A stretch of 63,804 nt of DNA, filler included. It is 9 parts of 9 records of this genome, joined end to end, with 100 filler letters (N's around TTAATTAATTAA, not from the genome) between each part and the next. Parts side by side here need not be neighbours in the genome. Positions count along the whole stretch, not along the records: positions 41,248 to 47,954 come from SRR31147125_42321; positions 48,055 to 53,449 come from SRR31147125_42351; 7 more parts are not named here. The stretch is one strand, 5' to 3'. The position numbers were made by a program, and so were the translations under genes. Positions 41,248 through 51,644 of this stretch are shown here, piece after piece (the stretch's first letter is position 1; every line of letters begins with the position of its first letter). The notes under the pieces were generated by a model. The model saw only the letters and a list, made by a program, of their open reading frames with translations, was not told where the DNA came from and did not search any database.

Positions 41248-41851
41248 TTTTTTTCACTTGGTTGGCGACCAAACATATTGGCTCATTTGGGACTTCCATA
41301 AAAATGGTGCCATTCGCAGAAACAATTTTATGGAGTTGATAAAGGTACTCCAAAGGATTGTTGACATGCTCAAAAACATGAGAGAGTATTACCAAATCGA
41401 ACTTACTATGATTATCTTCATTAAAAATTACGGTCTCATCGACAACCTCAATCCCGTCGACCTTTTCCATATATTCTGCCATCGCCTCATCAGATTCAAC
41501 AGCAAATACCTCAGCCGTAGGGATAAACTTTTTCAGCAATAAGCCTGCTCCAGCACCAATGTCGAGCACCCTTTTGACCTCAGTCAATTCTGATACTTTT
41601 TTTTTGATAAATTCGAACTGTGACTCAGCCCGAAGCGACATAAACTCCAAATAGGCAGCCCCAATGGTCTCTTTTCGCTCCTGACGATAAGTCTTACGGT
41701 AGTAATGACTCAGATAGTGATTACTAACATAGTAATTTTGTATCAAACCGCAGTCGTTGCAGACAAAAATGTCCGTATCGAAATCAAGGTTTCTACCAAT
41801 AAATTTAGTGTCCTCAGAAAAACAAAGGTAGCAAATATAAATATTCTTCAT
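41248..41851 (-). CDS. Class I SAM-dependent methyltransferase (3' truncated)
   Basis: CYLC...CNDCG, VLDIGAGAG, FDLVILSHVFEHV, EVPN. Confidence 0.9.
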
Positions 41852-41921
41852 CCCCAATAATTATCACTCGGAAAAAAATACTAACTTCTCAGGTAATAAA
41901 CTTATTTCAATCACTCTCCCT

Positions 41922-42795
41922 TTACACATTCCTCTGCCTCAAAACCTCAAAGACTCCCGACCGCATCGAAACCCTAGGAAACCAGCCTAATTCTTTAAGT
42001 GGAGCAGTGTTTACCTTAACGGACATCATTTCTCCGTCCCGATATGGTATTGACCCAAACTCAAGGATAGTGCCAATTTTCCCAAAGCTACTTTCATATA
42101 GCTCTTTTATAGCTTCAACAAGGCTTCTAACTGGAACACTCTTCCCTGTGCCAATTTCAAATTCGTGGTAGCCGGGTTGATCTAACTTTTCCATAACTAT
42201 CAAAAAGGCAGAAACAACATCGTCAATGTAAACAAAGTCTCGTTCTTGTACCCCGCTAGTAAGTTCAATTTTCTCCACGCCTTGCTCAAGCTTACCTATT
42301 AGCCATGATACAAATTTATTTTCGTCATCACCGGGACCAAACATATGCTCAATCTTCAAATTGACCACCTGAATGCTATCGCTTTTCATGCGTAACCATT
42401 CAACAAACTGGGCCTTCGACAAAGCGTAAGGATTCAGCTTTTTTTGCAATAATGTGTCCGCATTTAGAAATGATTGGGCCCTGTAGGAAATTGCGCAATC
42501 AAGAAGTTTGAGGCCAAAGACTAAATTACTTTCAACTAGCTGATGACTTTGTTCTTGGTTGCGACCATATTGACAGGCAGTATGTATAACAGTGTCAATT
42601 TTTTGATCCCTAAAAGCATCTTCTACTGACTGGCTGTCTACATCATACACCTTAACTCGATCCAATAGATGCGCAATGCGTCGAAGGTCCGATGTCGTGC
42701 GTTTAACAATCACAACTGAGCCTCCCCCCCAAAAGGCTCTTCAGCAAGTGACTCCCTAAAAATCCTGTCGCGCCTGATAGCAAAAAAGTTGTCAT
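41922..42795 (-). CDS. NAD-dependent CDP-4-keto-3,6-dideoxyhexose reductase (abequose/paratose synthase-like), frameshifted at a G7 tract
   Basis: ATG 42795 gives MTTFLLSGATGFLGSHL; after G7 (42724-42730) the frame continues as IHTACQYGR, YALSK, QERDFVYIDDV. Confidence 0.85.
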
Positions 42796-42797
42796 CG

Positions 42798-44111
42798 CTA
42801 GAGATTTACCCTAAAAAACTTCTCCAACTTTTCACCAACATAGTTGAAGTGGTCTTCTCCTAACCCTGGATACAGACCCATCCAAAAAGTTTGCTTCATA
42901 GTACGATCAGTATTCGTCAATTCACCAACCACTTTATAATTAACCGTTTTAAAATAAGGCTGCCTGGTCAGATTTCCTGCAAATAATAGGCGTGTACCAA
43001 TCTTGTTCTGGTTTAGATACCTAAGCAGGTCAACGCGCTTGATTCCAACATCGTCTTTGAGGGTAACTGGAAAGCCAAACCAAGAGGGGTCGCTCTCTGG
43101 AGTAGCACGGGCAACGTCTAAATAATCAGACAAACCGCTCAGGTGCTGCTCAAGTACCTTGAAATTTTCTTTGCGCGCGCTGACAAAACCCTGCAACCGG
43201 TCAAGCTGAGCGAAACCACAAGCAGCCTGCATATCCGAAATCTTCAAATTGTATCCAGCATGCGAATAAACATACTTATGATCGTACCCTTGAGGGAGGC
43301 TCCCAAACTGCTGATCGAAACGCTTTCCACAAGAGTTATCATACCCTGGTTCACAGTAACAATCACGCCCCCAATCACGAAAAGATGTGGCTATCCTGTT
43401 GAGCGTTCCATCATTCGTAAAGACAGCTCCACCTTCTCCCATCGTAATATGGTGGGCGGGATAAAAGCTCAAAGTTCCAATATCACCAAAACTACCGACC
43501 ATTTGTCCCATGTAAGTAGAGCCCAAAGCATCACAACAATCCTCCACTAGCCATAAACCATATTGCTCGCATAAGCCTCTAATTTTTGACAAATTAAAAG
43601 GGTTCCCTAAGGTATGCGCCAACATGATGGCCCTAGTTTTTGGCGTGATAGCGGCTTCGACTAAATCTGCATCCACATTATGGGTCGCCATATCAACATC
43701 AACAAAGACTGGGATTGCCCCGTACTGTATAATTGGATTAACTGTCGTTGGAAATCCCGCAGCAACACTAATTACTTCGTCGCCCTTCTGAATCGCTCGC
43801 TCACCCAACTCTGGAGAAGTCAATGTGCTGAATGCGACCAAATTTGCAGAAGATCCGGAATTGACAGTGATTAGATGTTTGACTCCAAGGAAATCAGCAA
43901 GTCTCTTTTCAAATTGCATATTGAATCGACCAGTCGTCAACCAGCCATCGAGAGAAGCTTCGACCATCATCTGCAACTCTTTAGCACCAACCACTTTTCC
44001 AGAGGGAGGAACCTCACTCACCCCCGGAACAAACGGCTTAGCTACCAATTCTGACTTGGCAAATTGTTCTACAAGAACACTGATTTCAGCGCGAAGCTGG
44101 TCTGCTGTCAT
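42798..44111 (-). CDS. rfbH: CDP-4-keto-6-deoxyglucose 3-dehydratase (E1, DdhC)
   Basis: WLTTGRF, NSGSSANL, EDCCDALG, SFYPAHHITMGEGG, RDWGRDCYC, YDHKY. Confidence 0.96.
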   Translation of the reverse strand: MTADQLRAEISVLVEQFAKSELVAKPFVPGVSEVPPSGKVVGAKELQMMVEASLDGWLTTGRFNMQFEKRLADFLGVKHLITVNSGSSANLVAFSTLTSPELGERAIQKGDEVISVAAGFPTTVNPIIQYGAIPVFVDVDMATHNVDADLVEAAITPKTRAIMLAHTLGNPFNLSKIRGLCEQYGLWLVEDCCDALGSTYMGQMVGSFGDIGTLSFYPAHHITMGEGGAVFTNDGTLNRIATSFRDWGRDCYCEPGYDNSCGKRFDQQFGSLPQGYDHKYVYSHAGYNLKISDMQAACGFAQLDRLQGFVSARKENFKVLEQHLSGLSDYLDVARATPESDPSWFGFPVTLKDDVGIKRVDLLRYLNQNKIGTRLLFAGNLTRQPYFKTVNYKVVGELTNTDRTMKQTFWMGLYPGLGEDHFNYVGEKLEKFFRVNL

Positions 44112-44180
44112 ATTTCCTCCGAAACTTTTCAAATCACTGAAGATGAACAGTGAAAAAACGCGGCCCCAAAATCATTCTTC

Positions 44181-45260
44181 TTACTTGGCCATAGCTAAAG
44201 CATAAAATTCGATTTCTTCCAGACATTTTTGACGCATATCACCCTTATTCAGCCAAGCTCGATGCCATTCGACAATATACCTCAAAGTTGTCTCCAAATT
44301 CCAAGTGGGAGTCCAGCCCAATCGCGACCGAGCTTTAGAAATATCCAATTTCAAGCATTGTGCTTCGTGAGGTTGTGGGTTGCTATCCAGCTTCCACTTT
44401 GCACCCTCGCCCCAAACTTGAACCATATGCCCCACTATCCATTCTACTGGCTGGCAGTCCTCATCCTTGGGACCAAAGTTCCAAGCCTCCGCGAAAGAAA
44501 CATTTTCCGCACAAAGCTTTTGTGCCAACACAAGATACCCGCTTAACGGCTCCAAAACGTGCTGCCAAGGACGTGTTGCCAGCGGATTTCTTATCACCAC
44601 CGTTTCATCATTCTCAAATGACTTAAGAATATCCGGAATCAAACGGTCTCCTGCCCAATCGCCACCGCCGACCACATTGCCCGCACGCGCAGAAGCAATT
44701 GCGACGCCATGGTCACCGTATTTTTCAGGGCTAAAAAATGACTGGCGATAGGCAGCAGTCACCAACTCCGAACACCCCTTACTGCTTGAATACGGATCAT
44801 ACCCGCCCATCGGCTCATTCTCTCGATATGCCCAAGGCCACTCTTTGTTTTCATAGCATTTATCTGTTGTCACGTTTATGACTGCGCGTACTGTCGGACA
44901 TTGGCGTACAGATTCAAGCAGATTGACAGTACCCATGACATTTGTGGAGTAAGTTTCTACTGGCGATTTATAAGATTCTCTAACCAGAGGTTGGGCTGCC
45001 ATGTGAATCACAATCTCAGGATCTGCCTTAGTCAACACTTCGGATAGATTGTCTGCGTCACGAATATCGCCGATAATCGAATCAATCAGCTCAGAGACAC
45101 TAGCCAACTCAAAAAGGCTCGGCCCTGTAGGCGGGTTCAAGGCATACCCCGTAACTTGAGCTCCCATTTTATGCAACCAAAGCGAAAGCCATGAGCCCTT
45201 AAAACCTGTGTGACCGGTCAAAAAGACCCGTTTATTTTTCCAAAAATCCGGTTCGATCAT
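44181..45260 (-). CDS. rfbG: CDP-glucose 4,6-dehydratase
   Basis: TGHTGFKGSWL, HMAAQPLV, TTDKCYEN, DPYSSSK, RPWQHVLEPL. Confidence 0.97.
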   Translation of the reverse strand: MIEPDFWKNKRVFLTGHTGFKGSWLSLWLHKMGAQVTGYALNPPTGPSLFELASVSELIDSIIGDIRDADNLSEVLTKADPEIVIHMAAQPLVRESYKSPVETYSTNVMGTVNLLESVRQCPTVRAVINVTTDKCYENKEWPWAYRENEPMGGYDPYSSSKGCSELVTAAYRQSFFSPEKYGDHGVAIASARAGNVVGGGDWAGDRLIPDILKSFENDETVVIRNPLATRPWQHVLEPLSGYLVLAQKLCAENVSFAEAWNFGPKDEDCQPVEWIVGHMVQVWGEGAKWKLDSNPQPHEAQCLKLDISKARSRLGWTPTWNLETTLRYIVEWHRAWLNKGDMRQKCLEEIEFYALAMAK

Positions 45261-46039
45261 TAGACCTCCCAGGTCACCCAAGGGGCTGTTTTGGTTTTTA
45301 ACAACTCTTCAAGATGCATCTTATCTCTTAATGTATCCATAGGCTGCCAGTATCCACTATGGCGATACGAAAATAACTCTCCCGCCCTGGCCAAACCTTC
45401 CAAAGGATCACGCTCCAAAATAGTGGAATCATCAGTGATGAAATCAAACACACCCGGCTCAAATACAAAAAAACCACCGTTGATCCAGCTACCGTCACCG
45501 TCGGGCTTCTCCTGGAACGACGTAACCTGATCATTCTTGCCGAACTGCAGAGCACCAAAACGACCACTGGGCTGGGTTGAAGTCAATGTTGCCAACCTAC
45601 CATGCTCTTTATGAAACGAAACCAGTTTTGCGATATCGACATCACCAACACCATCCCCATAAGTGAGTAGAAAAGGCTCGTTACCGATATACGGTTGAAC
45701 CCTTTTGACCCGACCACCGGTCATGGTATCCAAACCGGTATCAACCAGAGTCACCTTCCAAGGCTCGGCAGTATGTTCATGGGTAAAGCGCGAGTTGCCT
45801 TGAGTGAAGTCAAATGTCACATTCGATTCGTGCAAAAAGTAATGGGCAAAATACTCTTTGATCACATATCCTTTGTAGCCTAAACAGATAACGAAATCAT
45901 TATATCCAAATGAGGAATATATCTTCATTATGTGCCAAAGAATTGGCTTCCCATCTATTTCAATCATCGGTTTAGGTTTAAGATTGCTTTCCTCAGAAAT
46001 TCTAGTTCCATACCCTCCGGCAAGAATGACTACCTTCAT
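45260..46039 (-). CDS. rfbF: Glucose-1-phosphate cytidylyltransferase
   Basis: ILAGGYGTRISEE, KPMIEI, TMTGGR, TYGDG, WQPMDTLRDK. Confidence 0.97.
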   Translation of the reverse strand: MKVVILAGGYGTRISEESNLKPKPMIEIDGKPILWHIMKIYSSFGYNDFVICLGYKGYVIKEYFAHYFLHESNVTFDFTQGNSRFTHEHTAEPWKVTLVDTGLDTMTGGRVKRVQPYIGNEPFLLTYGDGVGDVDIAKLVSFHKEHGRLATLTSTQPSGRFGALQFGKNDQVTSFQEKPDGDGSWINGGFFVFEPGVFDFITDDSTILERDPLEGLARAGELFSYRHSGYWQPMDTLRDKMHLEELLKTKTAPWVTWEV

Positions 46040-46103
46040 TATTTTTCCCTCCTGAATACGTTGAAAACACTATCAAACAGAAACATATAAAGCTACTCTC
46101 TAA

Positions 46104-47324
46104 CTAAACTGGTGTCTTGTCACGCTCGGCATAGTACAACAAAGCTTTACGAACATATTGTTCAGCTGTTTTATTTAACAAGGAGAACTCATCACTCATC
46201 GACAAATCAATCTTTTTGACACTATCCACCATTGATAAGGGATCAAGGTTTAAAAATCTTTGGTCACAAATATATTCATAGGACCAAAACCAGTATGACA
46301 ATAAAGTCATATACTTAGACATGCTTGTAGATAATGGGTAGCCTTGGGTCATACGATTAGACATATAGGCGTGAGATTCTATCATGGCAAGATCATTATC
46401 AGGCGTACTTCTAATACATTGTGGATAACTTGTGTCAGCACCGACCAGATACACTTTCCTGTAGCCTAGAAAGCGCACAATCGCGAGAGCCTTGAGTAAA
46501 GTATTAGACCAGTAACATCTCGGTTTGTCAGGTTCCCAGCCACCTCCCTCACAAGAATGAAGGTGTCTATCCTCAAAATGGGTTATATCCCAATTCGCTT
46601 TTATTAGCTCAAAATCTCGATTAACAGGAACAAATAACTTAGGCTGGATTTTGTCTATAAAGTCAATAAGCAAGTCCCTTTTTTCTAACAAGGGAGTTCC
46701 TAAATCTCTACTGAATGTTTGATAGTCGGATGTAACATAATGAGTTACACAATGTAGAGGAAAAGAGCTGCTTGTCGACACTAAATTAAGTGCATAAACA
46801 TGATTGCCTTTCTTTTTGAACGACTCTACTCCATCATAGCTCAGCATCTCTTGACTCGGACCATTGCCTATGACAATCGCCGAAAGGTCACTACAACTTC
46901 CTTCTAGTGAGCGTAATTTTTTCAAAAAATGATTGTACTTTTCTACACTTCCATTTACGAGGGTGTTGTCGGGAGTAGGTAGGCCCTTTCTTTTTAGCCT
47001 ACCTACCGCGGTCAGCAGAGAGTCCATTTTTTCGTACTCAGTTGACGTGATAACAGGAGCATTACACCTATCTCCTGCTCGAAAGTAATATTCGTTCAGA
47101 CACCCAAGAAACTCGTCATATTTACCAACATACGATGGCAAAATACTTTCAGAAGAACGATCCGACTTAGAACCTTTCTGTTCTTTAATAGATTTCTTGG
47201 AGTCGCGCTCTGCAACCTTTCGCTGTAAGTGAAGAAGCTTTTCAAGTTTATTCGAAAAGCCAGGGTCATGCATAACCTCTCTAAGCCTAGCCGTGTTTTT
47301 ACCGTGACCGTAAAAAAGGGGCAT
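46104..47324 (-). CDS. Glycan-locus protein with Maf/DUF115 (sialyltransferase-like) domain
   Basis: AIVIGNGPS...YALN...LGYRKVYLVGAD motif set; upstream of rfbF. Confidence 0.6.
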   Translation of the reverse strand: MPLFYGHGKNTARLREVMHDPGFSNKLEKLLHLQRKVAERDSKKSIKEQKGSKSDRSSESILPSYVGKYDEFLGCLNEYYFRAGDRCNAPVITSTEYEKMDSLLTAVGRLKRKGLPTPDNTLVNGSVEKYNHFLKKLRSLEGSCSDLSAIVIGNGPSQEMLSYDGVESFKKKGNHVYALNLVSTSSSFPLHCVTHYVTSDYQTFSRDLGTPLLEKRDLLIDFIDKIQPKLFVPVNRDFELIKANWDITHFEDRHLHSCEGGGWEPDKPRCYWSNTLLKALAIVRFLGYRKVYLVGADTSYPQCIRSTPDNDLAMIESHAYMSNRMTQGYPLSTSMSKYMTLLSYWFWSYEYICDQRFLNLDPLSMVDSVKKIDLSMSDEFSLLNKTAEQYVRKALLYYAERDKTPV

Positions 47325-47954
47325 TTTTTTCTAAAATATATGCTAATTCGGAAATATCTTTCGCGCCCCACAATCTCACATCCACCTGGGGTATACTCGA
47401 CAACTTGCTAAGAGAACCATACGAAAGAACTCCCTGCGCTTTCGGCCAACAATTATTTTCTGATATGTAAACAATAAGTTCCTTATAGTCATCAAACTTT
47501 CTCTTATCCCAGATCGCTTTAAGTTCTCTGCCGATTTTTTTATTAATACCATCACCAATGAAATTATCATCTAAATCAACTTGACCTTTTCCCGTAAGAC
47601 TCTTGATTTCACCCATAGTCTTATAGGCCCACAGAATATATTCTGTATTGCTGAGTGCAGGGACACGCTCATCAATTTCGGCCAACAGACACAAAGCGTC
47701 AAGAGACCACGAAACATATCCTTTATAATTCCAAGGCGTGCAAGAAAAATCCTCTGGATCAGAGTGGGCAATATCGGTTTCACCTTTGACTTTGTAGTGT
47801 TTTTTTGACTGTAAATGTTGGGTTGCGATACTTTTGCTATGCCTCCCATTTATACCTAGAGGCAGATCTAAAAGAGTGATATTTGAAGCATTTAAAAAGG
47901 CAGCCCTATAACCAAAAGCCTCGCCATGCTGCCTAGACACATAAAATCCATACC
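47299..47954 (-). CDS. Hypothetical protein (5' truncated); possibly the N-terminal part of 46104-47324
   Basis: Open to the contig edge; overlaps the next ORF at an A-run. Confidence 0.55.
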
Positions 47955-48054
47955 NNNNNNNNNNNNNNNNNNNNNNNNNNNNNNNNNNNNNNNNNNNNTT
48001 AATTAATTAANNNNNNNNNNNNNNNNNNNNNNNNNNNNNNNNNNNNNNNNNNNN
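47955..48054. other. Artificial contig spacer
   Basis: N44-TTAATTAATTAA-N44. Confidence 0.99.
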
Positions 48055-49394
48055 TTTTCGAGCTTTTCGCCCTCTTTCGTGCTGGCGATGCAGACAAAAA
48101 TTCCCATACATTTACCTTTAAGGATTACAGGCACAATAGAACTTAGTCCCGCTTTTTCCTTAAAGAATTCAGTCACCTGAATAATCGACTCATCTTCTTT
48201 TATATCTCCCACGAAAGGTTCTTGCTCATCTATAGCGACATTACAAAGTGAACCTTTTGCAAGAGTCATTTCAAACTCTTTTATCTCTTCTATTAACTTA
48301 TCGGAACCTGTGGAATAAAACGCTTTGGCCTTATCCTGCTTTACAGTAAAGAAGGTCGCAATTTTGAAATATCCAACCAGCCAATCTCCAACAAAGCCAA
48401 TAATCTCATCTCTTGTTTCAGCTTCATAAAGTTTATCAGCCAACATATCAAGACTATCAGAACCATCAAGCGACACTACTTCGGCAATTGGAACAGTTGT
48501 AGGTTTTACTGATTCGCTATCCTCAGCTTCAGGAATTGCCGGAATTTCTTTTAAATCATGATGTGTGTCTGTACCCTCTTCGTTGATAAGCTCGGCAGCA
48601 ATTACTTTTAGTTCATTGAATATTCCGGTATCGTTTGATGATTCTTCTTCTATAGCTATGATCTCAGGAATTTTATCGGGATCTTCCTTACCTGTTTCTA
48701 CTGGTTCTTTTTCATCTTCAACTTTTACATCTTTTTCTTCAATTGCAGACTCTTCAGATTCCTCTTCCTGCTCCAAATCTACTTTTTCGCCTTCGGAATC
48801 ACTTTCAGCTTCTTCCTTAGCATCTTCCAATTCTTTTTCCATGAAAGACTCGATCAATTCATCCGCTTTCGAGTCTTCCAGTTCCTTATCTATTTCATCA
48901 ACATCATCGGCTTTGGGTTCATGGAATTTTGATGGAGCAGGATCAACAACTATTGAAGGATCAAGATCAAGTGAATAGAGGTATTTTATGGAATCAAGAA
49001 GGACAGCTTCTTTGGTCAGAACAACTTGCAAATCCAAACCAACAAAGAACTCGATATTCTCAAGCCTTTCTTTTTCTATCGGTTTTGAAGTCGCAATTAT
49101 CAATGATCCGTTTTGAGTACCAACCGGTACAATTCGCCATTCTCTGATAAAATCCAGTGGAACAAGGTCGAGAATTCTACGAGCAATATTTCTGATTTGA
49201 CCTTCTTTTAAGAGCTTCCAATTATTCAGTTTTGAATAAAAGAGAAGAATATCTTCTTCTTTAAGATAGCCAAGGCGAATAAGATTGGCTACCAAAGACC
49301 CATGATAAATGAGTTGCGCCTGCAAGGCGTTTTCCAGTTGCCATCTTGTAATGTGTCTTTCCTGTGCCAGCCTTAGAGCTATCTCGTGACTCAT
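48055..49394 (-). CDS. MshEN/T2SS-E N-terminal domain protein with acidic linker and GAF-like domain (3' truncated)
   Basis: ITRWQLENALQAQ..GSLVANLIRLGYLKEEDI, WRIVPV...IIATSKP...IEFFVG; C-terminal SSIVPVILKGKCMGIF. Confidence 0.75.
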
Positions 49395-49412
49395 GTTTCC
49401 CCTGAGCTATGG

Positions 49413-49450
49413 TAAAAACAACCGGCCTTCCAAAAACATGAAAGACCGGT
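49413..49450 (-). terminator. Intrinsic terminator after the aminopeptidase gene
   Basis: Minus strand ACCGGTCTTTC...GGAAGGCCGGT followed by TGTTTTT. Confidence 0.65.
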
Positions 49451-49465
49451 AAAGTATTGTTTTTA

Positions 49466-50575
49466 TTATGGATTCAAGTCTTTTAGTTCATCAATGACAA
49501 ACATACCATCTTTACGAATCAGGACATCATCAAACCAGATTTCTCCTCCACCCTGATCTTCAAACTGACGTACAACCATATCCCAGTGAACCTCGGATTT
49601 GTTTCCGTTGTCTGCTTCGTCATAAGCACAACCAGGCGTAAAGTGGAATGAACCGGCAATCTTTTCATCAAACAGAATATCAAGCATTTCGCGAGTTACC
49701 TGAGGGTTGCATCCGATTGCAAATTCACCTACAAATCTTGCACCATCATCTCTATCGAAGATAGCTTTAAGTTTATCTTTATCGCCAACTACACAAGATT
49801 CTTCCACGATTTTACCATCTTTAAAAACGAGTCTAACGCCATCAAAGAAATTGCCCTCGTATAAAGTCGGTGTGTTGTATTGTATCACACCATTGATGGA
49901 ATCCTTAACAGGAGCTGAAAAAACTTCACCATCAGGAATATTAAGCTTTCCATCACACTTGACTGATTTAATACCCTTCATCGAGAAAGTAAGATCCGTG
50001 CCCGGTCCCTTAATGTGTACTTTGTCTGTTTTATCCATCAATTCGACCAATGGGTCCATAGCTTTGGACATTTTGGAATAATCCAGCAGACAGGCATTGT
50101 AGTAGAATTCCTCGAATTCTCTGGTGGACATTTTGGCCGCTTGTGCAAAAGAAGGATTCGGGAAGCGTAAAACCACCCAGCGAGTTTTTGGAACTCGAAC
50201 TTCCATATGAACTTTTTTGACTATTGTCGAGGAGTAGATTTTCAGGTTCTCAGCATCTACATCCGATAATTCAAGAACGTTTTGTGATCCTCGAACACCA
50301 ATAAAGCAATCCATTTCTTCCATCATTGCTCTTTGGATTTTTGCTTCAAGCTCGAATTGTTCCTGGCTGGCGCATTTCAATTGGGCGCGCTTTACGTAGT
50401 CATCGTGCAAACGATAGAATGGAATGCCGCCTACAGCATTGATTTCGTCTATGATTGCTTCAACCAGACCGAAAGTCAGACCATCATGAGCTTCAACGAG
50501 AACTTTTTCTCCTTTTTTGACTTCGAGAGAGTAATTAACCAGATTCTTGGCAAGTTGTTCGGTTCTCTTATCCAT
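49466..50575 (-). CDS. Aminopeptidase, family M29 (AmpS/PepS-like)
   Basis: NIPDGEVF, GEFAIG, ILFDEKIAGSFHFTPG..Y, NKSEVHWDMV. Confidence 0.95.
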   Translation of the reverse strand: MDKRTEQLAKNLVNYSLEVKKGEKVLVEAHDGLTFGLVEAIIDEINAVGGIPFYRLHDDYVKRAQLKCASQEQFELEAKIQRAMMEEMDCFIGVRGSQNVLELSDVDAENLKIYSSTIVKKVHMEVRVPKTRWVVLRFPNPSFAQAAKMSTREFEEFYYNACLLDYSKMSKAMDPLVELMDKTDKVHIKGPGTDLTFSMKGIKSVKCDGKLNIPDGEVFSAPVKDSINGVIQYNTPTLYEGNFFDGVRLVFKDGKIVEESCVVGDKDKLKAIFDRDDGARFVGEFAIGCNPQVTREMLDILFDEKIAGSFHFTPGCAYDEADNGNKSEVHWDMVVRQFEDQGGGEIWFDDVLIRKDGMFVIDELKDLNP

Positions 50576-50706
50576 ATTTTCCTCCTATTAACATTCAGCA
50601 AACTTCGAGGGATTTTACGAAGCATCGGAGAGAAACGCAAGATAGAAAACCTTTAATTATCAATTTTTTTCAAAAACGCAGAATCAATTCACTTTCTGAC
50701 AGAAAT

Positions 50707-51402
50707 TCATAACGGAAGGACATGAAAAAGTATGCCGAAAAAGTGGCAAATACTACCTGCCAAAACAAAGATATGCCATACGGCATGGTTATAAGGAAGC
50801 TTGTGCCATACGTAAAATGCGACACCGACAGTATAGAAAAAACCACCCGCAAATAGCCAGATCATGCCGCCTGTAGAAAGATTTGCGATAATCGGTTTTA
50901 TTGCAAAAATGGCAATCCATCCCATACTTACATACAAAAACAGTAATAATTTCTTATACTTGTCCATGTAAAAAGAGTTTAGAACTATACCGGTTATTGC
51001 CAATGACCAGATAATGGCAAATAAACTCCATCCCCAAACTCCCCTGAGAGTTACAAGAGCAAACGGAGTGTAGGTTCCAGCAATCAGCAGGAAAACTGCA
51101 CTATGGTCAAGCATTCTAAAAATCGATTTTATTCTGGCTTTTCTAAATGAGTGATACAAAGTTGAAAAGAGATACAAAACAACCAACGAAGCCCCATACA
51201 TCCCGAAACTGACAAGATGCCATGCATCACCGTAGATCGATGCGAAAACCATCAATAAAACCAAAGCTACCACGCTAAGACCAAACCCGATTCCATGTGT
51301 GATGCTATTGGCGATTTCTTCTTTTACGCTATATTTCTTTGCGGTACTTTCAGTCATTACCACAACTCCTTTTGCCCCACATTCAGTTTTGATTCTTCTC
51401 AA
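50707..51402 (-). CDS. Hemolysin III/PAQR (TrhA) family membrane protein
   Basis: EEIANSITHG, STLYH, LDHSAVFLLIAGTYTPF, HAVWHIFVLAGS.CH; start may be ATG 51357. Confidence 0.95.
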   Translation of the reverse strand: MRRIKTECGAKGVVVMTESTAKKYSVKEEIANSITHGIGFGLSVVALVLLMVFASIYGDAWHLVSFGMYGASLVVLYLFSTLYHSFRKARIKSIFRMLDHSAVFLLIAGTYTPFALVTLRGVWGWSLFAIIWSLAITGIVLNSFYMDKYKKLLLFLYVSMGWIAIFAIKPIIANLSTGGMIWLFAGGFFYTVGVAFYVWHKLPYNHAVWHIFVLAGSICHFFGILFHVLPL

Positions 51403-51570
51403 ACAAGCAAAACCATTTTATCTTTTTTACGGAATTATTTCAAATTGAAGCTTTTGAAGAACTCGACAGACAAAATAGAACTTGCCATAGAAATTTAAAA
51501 GCGGAAAACAAGCGTAACCCTCTGTATCTTCTATGCTTTTATCGATTAAGCGAACATCTTAAGAGAGAAG

Positions 51571-51620
51571 TTATCAACATTTTATCAACAATATAATGGA
51601 TGTAAAACTAATGTAAAACT
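51571..51620. promoter_or_regulatory. Two pairs of 11-bp-period direct repeats upstream of the hemolysin III gene
   Basis: TTATCAACA at 51571 and 51582; ATGTAAAACT at 51600 and 51611. Confidence 0.5.
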
Positions 51621-51644
51621 TATTGAAACGGGAAGATTTAGAAA

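Noticed and set aside
51571..51590. Replication origin (DnaA boxes)
   Set aside because: Only two imperfect boxes, with no dnaA/dnaN context or clear unwinding element
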